A DNA stretch of 64,000 bases. Source: Antedon mediterranea (lineage: Eukaryota; Animalia; Echinodermata). Below are positions 1 to 12,887 of this stretch, in pieces; position 1 is the first letter of the stretch, and each line of letters starts with the position of its first letter. A model generated the notes under the pieces. The model worked only from the letters and a program-made list of their open reading frames with translations. It was not told where the DNA came from and ran no database searches. The translations under genes were made by a program, and so were the position numbers. The stretch covers positions 28,166,871-28,230,870 of the forward strand of contig NC_092676.1 of the NCBI RefSeq assembly GCF_964355755.1, read 5' to 3'.

Positions 1-175
1 CTCAAAATAAGATCTAATTATCATAATAGTAAAAGTAAATATTTCTGGAACATCAATGTAGTTTTAGTGTAATTTTTTTACGATGAGACCCTGTAGAAAT
101 CTCAAAAGACCTTCTTACTTCTACCATACCTATATTCAATGCCTCGCGCATTGTTCAAACAATCTGGTGACTTAC

Positions 176-2430
176 CTAGTCCAAGATCACCATCTACAAA
201 TTCCAGAGGCTTCCCTCCGGGATCAGAGTACCAAACATACGTCTTAACCTAAAATAAATGTCACGGAAAAGCTAATAAGATAAATGGTCGATACAAATGA
301 ACAAAACGCCCTTATTTTTAATGAATTAATTTAGATATATTAAGTGTTGTATAGGCCTAATTAATTGCATTTATGAATAGTAACTGTCATTTAAATATAT
401 ATTTTGTGGTGCCAGCTTATTTGATTCGGTACATCAAGACCTACCAAAGCTGCCAAACAGCCCCAATATCCCATGGCTTCATAAATATATATAAACATTC
501 GGTACGATACATCAAAACCCACCGAATCAAACAGACCATATACAGTCAGTGAAACCCTATATTATATGGCTTCATTAGGCCTAAACATTTATTCCACCGT
601 CATGCTGAATATGGACAAATTATTTTACTAATAAGTCTATATTATATGTGCTAATCAAAATAATGTAAATAAGTGAATTACAGCTAAACCACCGGCGGTT
701 GTTGTTTCTTTTCTGTACCCTATCCAGGCGTTGTTTGGTATTATATTAGACACGGCATTGGCACGAACATCATTTATGCCCGCAAGTGTTCCACCTTCAC
801 GCAGACACATTTTGTAAGATTCGTAATAGTCTGCAATATAAAGTTTATTTTGATATAGTTATAGTTATTCGCGCGAATCGAATATTCATCTCATTTGGAG
901 TGGTGGCATGCATGGCGCATCCAATCAAAACTCCTCAATGTTCGATTAACGACAAAGACAAGAAGATGCTCTCGCACGTTTATCGAAATAGAGATCGCTT
1001 CAACGAATTTGCGGACATTTCATATTAGTCTATAAAATATACAATACATTACAAATAGTGAAACAAAAATAAGAGAGTCTAGGAGGCAAATATAAAGTAA
1101 AAGGAATGAAATCGCCGTAGATCAACGGTGAACATCAGTAATCATCATTGGTTACAAATCAGTGGTCCAGCGATCAATTATTCATAAACATTTATTTAGC
1201 CTAGATGTTATAAAACTAAATATATAAATGTGGAAATAAAACTTAAAGCATTAGATTACTATAGTTACTAAATAATTGTGTCTAAATCTGCCTAAAGCTC
1301 TGTCTACACTAAAAAAAGTGTGATGTGCCCAATATGGTAGTGATATGCCCAAATATGGTAGTGATATGACATCATCATGTCCATATATGGTAACATCATG
1401 GGCACATAAAGTTTGATAGTTGAGATAATATGAATGTAAATAATAATAATTGCGCAACAAAAGAGAAAAAAGGTTTGATAGTGTAGACAGAGCTTTAGTG
1501 ATACTTCAGAGTAACACTTACTGTATCTACTGGTTATGGACTTGAAGCATTGGCCGTCAATTAGGCTCCAGCCTTGATCACATGTAGGCCTACTTGCATG
1601 GGTAAACAGACAAATGTTGATAACTACAGAAAACAATGAGATAAATTGACAAAATAATTAGCAAAATTACTTCACAAAATGTATTCGTTTTTTACACTTT
1701 AAACTGTTTGAAACATGATTGCAGGAAGCTAAACTGTATTAAGCTTGGTTCTCTCTAGCGACCAATGACAAGCGATTGATTATTCGAATAATGGCTTGTC
1801 ATTGGTCAACTAGCTTGCGTTGCGCGTACATCCTTGCGTTGTGCGTACATCCTTGCGTTGCGTCTCTAGTGAGAGATTTAGTGATGAATACTCAAAATAT
1901 ATAATTAGATACTAATCTGGCAAATTATTAGATAAAACAAGTAATAATCAATTAACAACATAAAAAAAACCCCAATTTATTTCAACACGGAAAAGCTTGT
2001 ATCACCTCAAACCAGCGCCATGGTTAACATAAAAGGCCTAATTAAAAATAACACAATAAAAGAAAACAAATCAGTAGGCATGCAGAAACATAAACTAGGC
2101 CTACAATATAAAAGTATATACATTTGCATGGTATTGCATAATTTAGCACCGTGATATGGTCCCGTACTAATTTAAAAATCACAAAATAAAAGAAAAGAAC
2201 AATAGTAGTAGGCAGAAACATAACTTAGGCCTACAATATAAAAGTATATACATTTAATTTTAAAGTATTTACATTTGTATGGTATTGCATAATGTAGGAC
2301 CGTGATATGGAAAATTGTTGTTATATCAGGGAAGAGTGTAATTTTACTTTTCCCTGGTTATATACTCCGTTAAAAATAACAATGTAACTCACTTACCTTG
2401 GATGAAAACGCAAAACATAGTGGATAACAT
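176..2430 (-). CDS. C-type lectin domain-containing protein, 5' partial (continues beyond window start)
   Basis: GT-AG exons 2430-2397, 1623-1522, 830-682 and 248-176 splice in frame. Product: MLSTMFCVFIQVINICLFTHAS (signal peptide-like) RPTCDQGWSLIDGQCFK...YYESYKMCLREGGTLAGI...NAWIGYRKE...VKTYVWYSDPGG. The CxxGW...C, C...G.LA.I, WIG and W pattern is typical of CTLD. The last exon ends at a donor site. Confidence 0.8.
1296..1494. mobile_element. MITE family 1 (PIF/Harbinger-like), in lectin intron
   Basis: Terminal inverted repeats AGCTCTGTCTACACTA...TAGTGTAGACAGAGCT, internal GTGATATGCCCAAATATGGTA subrepeats and TAA/TTA flanks. About 14 copies occur in the window. Confidence 0.85.
1741..1874. 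mobile_element. MITE family 2, degenerate copy
   Basis: Starts AAGCTTGGTTCTCTCTAG and contains CCTTGCGTTGCGT repeats and a CTAGTG end. It matches the intact copy at 56766-56895. Confidence 0.7.
2040..2310. repeat. Local direct duplication (~120-140 bp x2)
   Basis: TAGGCCTACAATATAAAAGTATATACATTT...ATGGTATTGCATAAT...ACCGTGATATGG occurs twice. Confidence 0.75.
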
Positions 2431-4947
2431 TATGTTTTCAAAAATACAGAGTACTCGACCAAATACTTTGCTCCACTAAATCTAAGTCACTTTCTTAAGA
2501 AATATTTATAAAGAACAGTACGCAATGAGGTGAATCAATTAAAATCTCAGACTACTTAATTTCGCTTTTAAGTTGTAAGCTTAAGTTCGATGTTTTTTAA
2601 TAAAACGGTAGACAAAATATCGATTATTCATATTGTAGTTATAAATGTTATTATGAGAGGGGTTGACCTTATAATCTTAATATATATTTAAAATGGTCTT
2701 TTATACAATAACCTTGTCATCCCACAAGACATTATTGGTATAAACCAACGCAACAAAAAATCTCATTAAAAAAAAACACGATAAAAGAAAAGAGGAGACA
2801 AAAGGACTACAGTTGCCATGTGCAATACAGTTTTAAAAGTTGTCTTTTTCAAATGTTATAATGGTAAAACTTTCCATAACAATTCTTAACTTTTTTTAGT
2901 TTAGTATTAAATCAACGAAATGTTGCCTGGACCCCACATTTTAAAGCTTAAGCTTCCAGTGATGTACCCCTTTTCTCATTTATTATCTATTATTTTAGAA
3001 AATAATAACTTTATTTTTTTCTTATTTGAGAAATAAATTTATTATTGATTGATATTGATAAGAAAAAACACAATTGGATACAATTAAGTGGTTTCAGTAG
3101 CTGCATCCATATGCAAACAATATATGTATCCATATCGTTAATACACTACAATTTCATGTAGGCCTATGTGAACCAATATGCGTTTCGTCTATCTTTTTTA
3201 TTGTAGCCATAGATACCGTACTCAAACGCAGTTGCAAAGAAGTATCTTAAACGTCAGTATAGCCTATGAAGAAGTCAACTTTATAATCGAATCATGGGAT
3301 AGATATCAAAGCAGTAATAATCTGGAGATCGAGTAGTAGCGGGCGCGAAATTTCTATTACTCGACGTCTAAGACAGAAATCATGAATGATTCATGAGATA
3401 AATCGTGGGTTAAGTTAAGCAAAATTATAGGGGGCGCAATAATAAAACCAATATTTCACGTCGTACCGTCCTGTACAAGCGGCTATTCAGGTTTTTGTTC
3501 ATTCATTTCATAGGGTTTTCAAGATTAGTTCATGTAGGCCTGCAGCGGATTATATATAATGTAAAGTATTGTAAAGCTGACTCAAAGATAGATGTATTCA
3601 CTTCGACTACTTTTTAACAACTCTTTTATTCACAATTCTACTATCTATATGACTCATACAAATTGGTATAGTTACAGGTGGTATTTGTAAACCAACTGAT
3701 AACATAGGAAGTGTATACTGATAAACAAATGTATCATCTTGCCTACTGGCACCATAGCTAGACATAACAACGACCTATTGAAGTTGACAGTACAGATTCT
3801 AACGTTTGAGGTACATAATATATACTACTAAAGTTTAAAATAGTTATAGTTTTTGACTCATAAATTTATCATACTGATTAATAACCTAATTTCCTGTTCA
3901 GTAGCCTGCGAAGAAATTAATTCACTAAACACTGACCGGAAACGTGCAAGGACAATTACAATTGTTTACAAATAATATTATGAAGTAGCTATATTAGTTT
4001 TCCTATACTTAACGGAAGATACGATAGGTACAAATAATTTAACAGTAAAAACAAAAATCTGCCCATATTATTTGTAATGTACACTGCAGCTCTTGACATA
4101 TGTTTTAGGGCATTGCCAGGTAGGTATAAACATTATTTGCTGGTATATACGATATAGGCCTGTCATTTTAAATTGATCAAGTTACCATTGCTGTATGCTA
4201 CCTATATAACATAAAATGTGGTAGAGACAGTATAATTGCTAGTACGATATAGGCCTGCAATTTTAAATTGAGTGTCATTTACCATTGTCGTACTATACTA
4301 CTATTTACGGCATATATATCATATATATTATCTTGGTATAGTATTATATTTTTATGGTACAATGCATTTGGTGTATACTAAGGTCAATGTCATAATACAG
4401 CCAAGTAAATAATCTGTGTTAGCAAAAGGGCAAAGTTGTGTCATTGTTCATGTGCAGTTAGGTCGAACGGAAGATAATATTAATATTATTCGACGTCTAC
4501 CCGTGCCATATAAAACTTAGAAATTGGACGTAAGCCCGTAAGTAAAGCTTCCTCAGTTAGGCCTATATTAATGTAGGCCTACTGTACGTACTATATGTGT
4601 CCATGCATAGAGAAAACCCCATAGTCAGAACACATAGTAGGCCTACAACTATGTGTTTTTTAAAATAGCACATATAAGTTAAATAACGGAGTTTTCAAAA
4701 AGTAGAGCACTGTATTTTAGCATGGAGTATATTACTTCATATTTTAGTAAAACACAGTGAAATCACAGTGTCCACACAGTGGGGAACAGTATGTTCAATG
4801 TGTGAACACCAGTGTGTTCAATATGTGGCTTTAATTTTACTAAGGGCACACCATTATCAAAGAAGAAAAAAATTACCGTTCGCTTGAAATGAAATAAAAT
4901 TGTTTTTATTATCAATTGTCTTAGGAGAATATTTCAACGAGTAGTGG

Positions 4948-7441
4948 ATGATCATCATGACAACTGACAATCCAAAATCATCTTTCGGATATCGACCTTT
5001 GAATGCAGCAGGCAAAAAAAATGCACGTTTGATAACAATAGAACCAATTCTTTGCTTATTTATGCTGGGAGATGGTATCTACTATGGCTTACAGTCAGAG
5101 TTCATCCAAGGAAGAATCGCTGACGTGCATAATTATACCTTACCAAACAATAATGAAAATGGAACATGTTCAATGAACGCATCCAGTCCAGAAGGCAAGT
5201 TACAAGCTGATATCGAGGCAGAGGCTTCCAACTGGGTGATGTACATCACAATTGCCTATACGTTTCCATCCGTGTTCATGACATTGATACTCGGGTCTTG
5301 GAGCGACTATGTTGGTCGGAAACCGGCTATATTAATAACGGCTGTCGGAACTCTACTTAATTTGATTGTTTGGACAATTGTTGTTGCTTTAAATCTTCCA
5401 TTAGAAATCCTTATTGCGTCAGCATTTTTAAGAGGAATGAGCGGCGGCACCTCTCTTTTTTTGGCTGCGTGTTTTACGTACATATCAGACGTAACTACGA
5501 CCGAAAATAGAACCACAAGAATTATTGCCTGCGAGTTTGTGTTTCTGATGTCGTTTAGCTGTGGTCAGTTTGGTGGCGGATTTCTCGTTGATCAATTTAG
5601 TTACACGATTGCGTACACCGTCGCCATTGGTTTTACGTTTATATCAATTATATATAATACAATACCGTATTTACTCCGTGAAACTATCGTAACAAAGATC
5701 AACTTTAAAGAGAGTATAAAGAAACAGTTAGTTGCAATCTCAGCAATATGGACAGAAAAGGATTTGGAATATAAAAAAATGTTTGTTGTTGTAAATATCT
5801 GTTTCTTTATTGCGATAAGCTGCATAGCATCTACGACTGTGATGTCATTGCTAACTCTTCATTTTCTAGCTCAGCCATTTTGTTTCTCTTACCTGATGGT
5901 TTCATTCTACACTGCTGCACTTGCATTGGCTGCCACAATTGGTAAGAACAGAGAATATCTAAGAAGATTTAATGACGCTAAAGCTCTGCCTACACTGTCA
6001 AACCAGTTTGAATGTGATGTGCCAAAATATGGTAGTGGTATGACATCACACCGTGTCCATATATGTGCACATCACATTTGTTGTCACATAAAGTTTGATA
6101 GTGTAGACAGAACTTAGGGCAACGTATAACTTGGATTTGTCTTATTTATTTTAAGTATATGCCTATATCTCAACATTCTTTGCACGAGTTAAAACAAGTA
6201 ATTAGAACGCTATCTATAACCTAAAACCTTGATTATCCTAGTTGACACTGACCGAACGGGATCTTAAAAAAAAGTGGGGAGTGGGGAGAACGTCAATTGG
6301 CACCAAATAAGAACTACTTTGACATTCTTTTTTTTCTGACAGGATTACTATTATGTGTGGTGCTATTGAAGAGATGGTTAAACGATTATTGGCTGATTCA
6401 TTTAAGCATGTTGTCGGCTATGTTATCTAATTTCGTGAGTGCTATAGCAAAAACAACTACGATAGCTTTTGTAGGTAAGTATGGAACTCTCTGTCTGACC
6501 ACAAAGTGTGATTTTCATACGATACTTTTGAAGTGCTATAGTTTTTTCTCTCTCTTTGGTGGGGTTGTTCCACATTTATTCTCATATGCATAAACTATAC
6601 AGTCTACATAAAATAGGGTTAGTAATAGTTACTTGTCTTGTAATTCGAGTCATTTTGATACTGTTTTAGGAGGTGGACTCGGAATTTTCAAAATGTTGTT
6701 TGGACCACCGTGTCGTTCCATAATTTCCAAGAAGTCGTCTCAAGAAGAACAAGGTAACGTCATTGGGAATATCTCTCTCTTTCGTCTCAGTGAACACGTT
6801 CTTCTATAGGCCTACAACCGAACAATCGAATTGAAGATTAACACAAATATTCTAATACTTCCAGGTGCCGTCTTCGGGTTCTTAGGAATGGTGGATTCAC
6901 TAGCTGCCTTCATCTCGCCTCTTATTCTAAACAACATCTACTCAGCGACCGTACACACAATGCCAACGTTTGTTTTTTGGATGTGTGGCAGCTTTAGTAT
7001 TATACCAATTATATCAGTCTGGTAAATATAAATACTATGTTTTACGACGCACGACGCTAAAAAAAAATTCAATTCAATAGAAACCGAACATGAAAATACA
7101 AGCACTTCAAATTAAACAGACCGTGCATATAATATAAATACGCGCGCGCGTGTAAATACGTCATTTCAATCCATCACGTGGTGTTGAAGAAAGCCCTTAT
7201 GTCACACTTGTTCTTATAACCGAGCATGCCATTAGGCCTAGAGTCGATTACTCCGAATAACATTACTTGTGTAGGTTTATACTGGTTGATACAATCATTA
7301 CGTCATGCACTGGTTTTTTTTAGTTATCTTCAGTACGAAGACAGGAAAAGGCAGCAGATGCTGACAATAGATCCACCAGATACCACACCTGGTGATCCAG
7401 TGCTTAACCACGTCACCTCTAAGCAGATGTCTTCCACATAG
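4948..7441 (+). CDS. SLC46: SLC46-family MFS transporter (proton-coupled folate transporter / SLC46A3-like), copy A, ~494 aa
   Basis: Exons 4948-5941, 6343-6474, 6670-6753, 6865-7021 and 7324-7441 are all GT-AG and in frame (1485 nt). It has the IEP start of TM1, a glycosylated Cys-containing first loop (NYT, NGTC), GSWSDYVGRK (PCFT DxxGRR motif), RIIACE, PFCFS, RSIISK and NNIYSAT, with about 12 TM segments. The start could instead be ATG 4957. Confidence 0.93.
5982..6114. mobile_element. MITE family 1 in intron 1 of SLC46-A
   Basis: AGCTCTGCCTACACTGTCAAAC...GTTTGATAGTGTAGACAGAACT. It is absent from the matching intron of SLC46-B. Confidence 0.85.
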
Positions 7442-7548
7442 ACTTTTGGCAATTTTGTGGAGTTCAAAGTCTATGCGATACCACCGGTATTATGCCTGGT
7501 CTCAGGGCATTCGTACAAAAATCTTTGAAGATAATATATACCATATAA

Positions 7549-7682
7549 AGCTTTATCAAACTAGTTTGACAAACAAGTGTGATATGCAGCACAAATGTGG
7601 TAGTGATATGACATCATCCTGTCCATATATGGGCACATCACATTGTCTTTGTCGCACAAAGTTTAATAGTGTAAAAAGAGCT
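7549..7682. mobile_element. MITE family 1 downstream of SLC46-A stop
   Basis: Degenerate TIRs plus the conserved core GGTAGTGATATGACATCATC...GGGCACATCAC. Confidence 0.8.
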
Positions 7683-7989
7683 TAAAATATATCGTTATAA
7701 CTCTGTAAACTTATTTTGTTGTCTTTGTGCTATATCAAAAAAAACTGGAAATAAGTAACACTTACATACAGCACATAATTCGTGCCATACTATTTAAATT
7801 CTGATTTTATATTACAAATACCCGAATAAATACAAAATAACACCATATGATTTTACCCAGGGAAGAGTTAAATTATCGTAAATTATTGTAATTTTCTTCC
7901 CTGATTTTAACCGATTATCATAATTCGTATCTGAATAACTGGTGTCATTGAACTGAACAATTAAACTAAAATATATAAGCTTTAACAAA

Positions 7990-8224
7990 TGTTTTCCCTT
8001 AAAAGTATCACACACAAATTAAATGATAGTATATATAATTATATATAGGCCTAAACAGAACTTACCCAATTGTACGTCAGCAGAGGCAAGGAGTGGTAAC
8101 CACAACGCCAGAAAACAAAGAAGCAGGCTTACGGTTTACCGGTCGAATAAATGTTGTTCAAAACGAACGCACAAAGAAATATTCCGAGATTCTGTAAAAC
8201 TTTAGGTATCCGTACACTGCACCT
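7990..8224 (-). pseudogene. SLC46 relic (C/D type): frameshifted exon 4 fused to 3'-UTR remnant
   Basis: 8066-8222 is a 157-nt AG/GT-bounded block aligning to exon 4 of SLC46-C/D (GAVYG.L...LNNIYS...FVFW...SLPLL), with frameshifts and a TGA. 7990-8064 resembles the 3' flank of gene C (12810-12865). Confidence 0.82.
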
Positions 8225-9682
8225 AAAGTGAAAAGCATTACGGAAATAAGTACACTATTAGGTAGCCTATTACTAAATTAATATATGAAGAACAGCTGAC
8301 CTTGGTGGACAGAAGGATTAGAAACAAAATTCATAAATTCATATGAACGTAAATAAAACACAATGACAACAAATATCTCGCATTATTTGAGTGACATACC
8401 TCGGCGACAGAAGTGTTTGAACTCTTTGTCACACTTTGTGACCGAATAAAATAAAACAACTAAAATTCATTTAGGCCTATATAAAATGAGAGCAATTCAT
8501 TGAATATAATTGTGATATTTATTTATATGTTACTGTGTTGTTAAATATTACATTTCTTGAGAACATCAAAACAAATTCTATTCTCTATTCATAATATTAT
8601 ATTAAACATCTTTCTATACAATGATTTTCATACTTTTGTTCATGTTATCAAACATTATACCATGTATTATAGCACGAGTACAATATAATATGAACCAATA
8701 GGCTTGCCTCTAAGATCGTTCCATCAAGAGAAAGCATCTCAAACGGCAGAAGTCAATTAAGAAGTGTCAACCTCTACACGATATAACTTGAAGAATTATA
8801 GTATAATATACAAATAATTCCGATCAGCCTATGAACTCATGACAACTTGTTTGTGATATACTTATTCTTAAAGTGTTTTTTTTTAACTCATTGATTGACT
8901 TAATTTCCAATCTTACTGAGTATTAGAAGAAGTCAATCAAAATACTGACCGTACCAGTTAAGTCCGGTACAAGGTCAATATACCGAAACTGCTGTTTATA
9001 TTAAGATAGTATTAAAATCCACAAGCATTATACTTACTACCGGTACTTAGGTAGGTATATAATTTGTACTATCAATTGTCCATTATTATTAGATTATTTT
9101 GGTGTTCGTTATTAATTAGTATACGATGAATATTCGCCGGCGTCAAAACTTCAAACTGAAAGCCAGCGGATGATGCGAGTCCTTGCCAGTTAAGTAGGCG
9201 TATCTCGGCATTGCTGGTAGATCAAGTATTTATGCTACTGTAATATTCACGGCATTATACCTTGATATATATAATTATTGTATTTGTAGGACGATGTATT
9301 TGGTGTAGGCATTTTATTTTTCTGAGTGAAACGCTTTTGTTAAACTTTAATCTTTCGTTTGATTGCAATAAAGTTCTATTCGTATTCGTGGCCCTATATA
9401 GCTAAGAGACAAGTTAAGTGGCCTAAATATGATAGTAAATACTATTTATAGATATTTGCAAAAAGTACAAAGTTTGTGTCGTTTGTCAGGGCCATGCAAT
9501 AAGGTAAACATATCAAGTTTACACTGTTTGAATTGGTATTCCAGTGTACTACCACCTTTCATCAGGTATAGTAATGATATAGGCCCTACTTTTACGATCG
9601 TACTCAGGTTGATAACTAGGCCTATCATTGTTACTATTTTTGTATTAGGTTTATGAAAGAGAACGAGTAGTTCTTCATCCAC

Positions 9683-12028
9683 ATGGCAACTGAAAATGTC
9701 GGGTATCAGCCTTTGAATGCAGCAGACAAAAAAAATGCACGTTTGATAACAATAGAACCAATTATTTGCTTCTTTATGCTGGGAGATGGTATCTACTATG
9801 GCTTACAGTCTGAGTTCATCCAAGGAAGAATCGCTGACGTGCATAATTATACCTTACCAAACAATAATGATGAAAATGGAACTTGTTCACTGAATGCATC
9901 CAGTCCAGAAAACAAATTGCAAGCCGATATCGAAGCAGAGGCTTCAAACTGGGTAATGTACATAACAATTGCCTATACACTACCGTCTGTGTTCATGACA
10001 TTGGTACTCGGGTCTTGGAGCGACTCTGTTGGTCGGAAACCAGCTATATTAATAACGTCTGTCGGAACTCTACTTAATTTGATTAGTTGGACAATTGTTG
10101 CTGCTTTAAATCTTCCATTAGAGATTCTAATTGCGTCGGAAATGTTAAGAGGAATGAGTGGCGGCACGTCACTTCTCACGGCTGCGTGTTTTACGTACAT
10201 ATCAGACGTAACTACGACCGAAAACAGAACCACAAGAATTATTGCCTGCGAGTTTGTGTTCCTGGTGTCGCTTAGTTGTGGTCAGTTCAGTGGCGGATTT
10301 CTTGTAGATCAATTTAGTTTTGAGATTGCGTACTCGGTCGCCTTAAGTTTTACGTTTATATCAATTATTTATACTACAATACCGTATTTACTCCGTGAAA
10401 CTATCGTCGCAAAGATCAGATTTAAAGAGAGTATAAAGAAACAGCTAGTTGGAATCTCAGCAATATGGACAGAAAAGGATTTGGAATACAAGAAGACGTT
10501 TGTTGTTATAAGTGTTGTTTTCTTTATTGCAACAGTTTTTACTTCTGTGATGGCGTTGCTAACTCTTCATTTTCTAGCAGAACCATTTTGTTTCTCTTAC
10601 CTGATGGTTTCATACTACACTGCTGCACTTGCATTGGCTTCCACAATTGGTAAGAACAATTCGGGGAATATCTAAAAACAAAAAGATTTATGTGAAACGA
10701 TGATGGCAACAAACAGTGATTTAAAAACTATTATTTAGCTTGCATTAGTTAGGCCTAGAACTAAACATCCCGTGCGCGGGATGATACAGTAGGCCGCCTA
10801 TTAAAACTATTATAAAATAATTACCAAAGTATTTAGAATCAATCAATAATCATGATTACTGACACTGATCAACCAGATTAATTTAGGGGTGGGGGGGGGG
10901 GGAGAAAGTCAATTCTCACCGCAATACAACGTTTTTAGAAACTATAAAACTTTTGTTTTTGTTTTCTGATAGGAAAAACCTTAGCAGCTATTTCTATCAT
11001 TATTTTTTCAGGATTGCTTTTATCTGTGGTTCTCTTAAAGAGATGGTTAAACGACTATTGGCTGATTCATTTAAGCATGTTATCGGCTATTTTATTCAAT
11101 ATGGTGAGTTCTGTAGCCAAGACAACTACAATAGCTTTTGTAGGTAAGTATGGAACTCTCTGGTTTAATTGTCTCTCTGGTAGTCAAAAGTTCCAATCTA
11201 AGTATTTGATTAAAAACACGACTTACCTTACAGCTTAAGTTATAATGATGAGTGCTACATTTACACACAACAAAAATAATTATAGTTTCTTGTCTTGTAA
11301 TTCGAGTTATTTTGATACCGTTTAGGAGGTGGAGTCGGAATGTTCAAGATGCTATTTGGAGCACCGTGTCGTTCCATAATTTCCAAAAAGTCGTCTCAAG
11401 AAGAACAAGGTAACGTTATGAGGAAAATCTCTTAACCCAGTGAACACGTTACTGCAGTATTATGCAGTTGCCGAGAGATTGAATTTAAGATTGATACAAA
11501 TTACGTTAATTGCAGGTGCAGTATTTGGGTTCTTCGGATTGGTCAATTCACTCGGTGGTTTTATTTCGCCTCTTGTTTTAAACAACATCTATTCAGCGAC
11601 CGTACACACAATGCCAACGTTTGTGTTTTGGATGTGTGGTAGCTTTAGTCTCATACCGATTATATCTGTCTGGTAAATATATTATGATTTTATTTTTATA
11701 TTTTCAGAATAATTTGTGCGTGTGCGCAATTTGATTAAGCGCGTTATTGTTATGTTAACACATCCCGTGGTTTTGAAAGTCCTTACGACACACTTGTTCT
11801 TATAACCAAGCATTATAGTAGGATCATGACGCCGATTGCTCCGAACACAATAAAAAAACAACTATAGAGGTACTTCTATAGAATGTATTACTTAGTAATA
11901 GTAGTACCGTATTTTAATTCAGTTACCTTCAGCACGAAGACAGGAGAAGGCAGCGGATACTGACAACAGATCCATCTGGTATCACACCTGGCGATCCAGT
12001 GCTCCAAGTCAAGATGCCATCGAAATAA
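9683..12028 (+). CDS. SLC46: SLC46-family MFS transporter, copy B, ~481 aa
   Basis: Exons 9683-10649, 11012-11143, 11326-11409, 11516-11672 and 11923-12028 (1446 nt, in frame). It is a close paralog of A with the GSWSDSVGRK motif and the same internal exon sizes (132/84/157). Confidence 0.93.
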
Positions 12029-12887
12029 TACACCTTTGGTCTTCACTGTTGGAAGGAAGATATTCAAGCTGCGAGCATGCGCAATGTTGCTAAATTATGA
12101 CGTATGGTAATCAGTTGAAGGATGATAGGCCTACTGTATATCAATAGAATGTACCGCATATAATATAAACGGATTTGATATAACAATACTATAGAAAATA
12201 GCTCTACCCATCTGTCACCATATGATATTATGATTATTATGATATTATTATTCTATTGATATAAACGGCAACGGCAATCCAAAGAAGCATATGATTATGT
12301 TTCCATAAATATCACATCAAATTATTTTTTATAAACGATACATATCACATATTAATATGTACATTATATATTATGACCTCATATACTGTAAAACAAATCA
12401 AAATATGCTATTGTCCACGTAAAAAAAACACCATTATAATACAAATATTTATTTTAATATTAATATTGTGTAGGCCCATTGCTTTTAAATACAACACAAT
12501 CCCTTGACAAAAACAATGATGATCAGCAAATCTATAATTGCCCTAAATCTTTAGTAAATTATTGTCTTTTTATGTTGTTAGTATTCCTTTGATTATTTCA
12601 AACATATGTATGACACGCCATGTGTGCTGAAATGTTTCTTTTTACCTAAATCTACAATCTCAGAGTAAACAATCTATTGTTTTTATATAATAATATTTTA
12701 AAGCCCACGATTTTTATCATACTAGATTATCATAAAAGTCTCCTTGTCTGAAAAACAGCAGGTGTCGGTGAAGTGAGTCATATAGATATTATTCTATTAG
12801 CACTTTACCAGATTTTTCTTAAATAATCACACACTTAAATGAGGTAGGCTAATACATAAACTTATAAAAAAAATAAAATAAATTCAA

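Noticed and set aside
786-1028. 80-aa plus-strand ORF
   Set aside because: It starts at GTG, overlaps a lectin exon in antisense and has no recognisable motif.
5942-6117. C-terminal extension of the 389-aa ORF
   Set aside because: It is read-through past the GT donor at 5942 into intron and MITE sequence; the paralogs splice at this point.
5307-10233. Conserved antisense ORFs (5307-5516, 9973-10233)
   Set aside because: They are shadows of the paralogous SLC46 coding strands.
10886-10902. G-tract as a G-quadruplex regulatory element
   Set aside because: It is a simple homopolymer expansion of a shorter G-rich tract in paralog A, with no further support.
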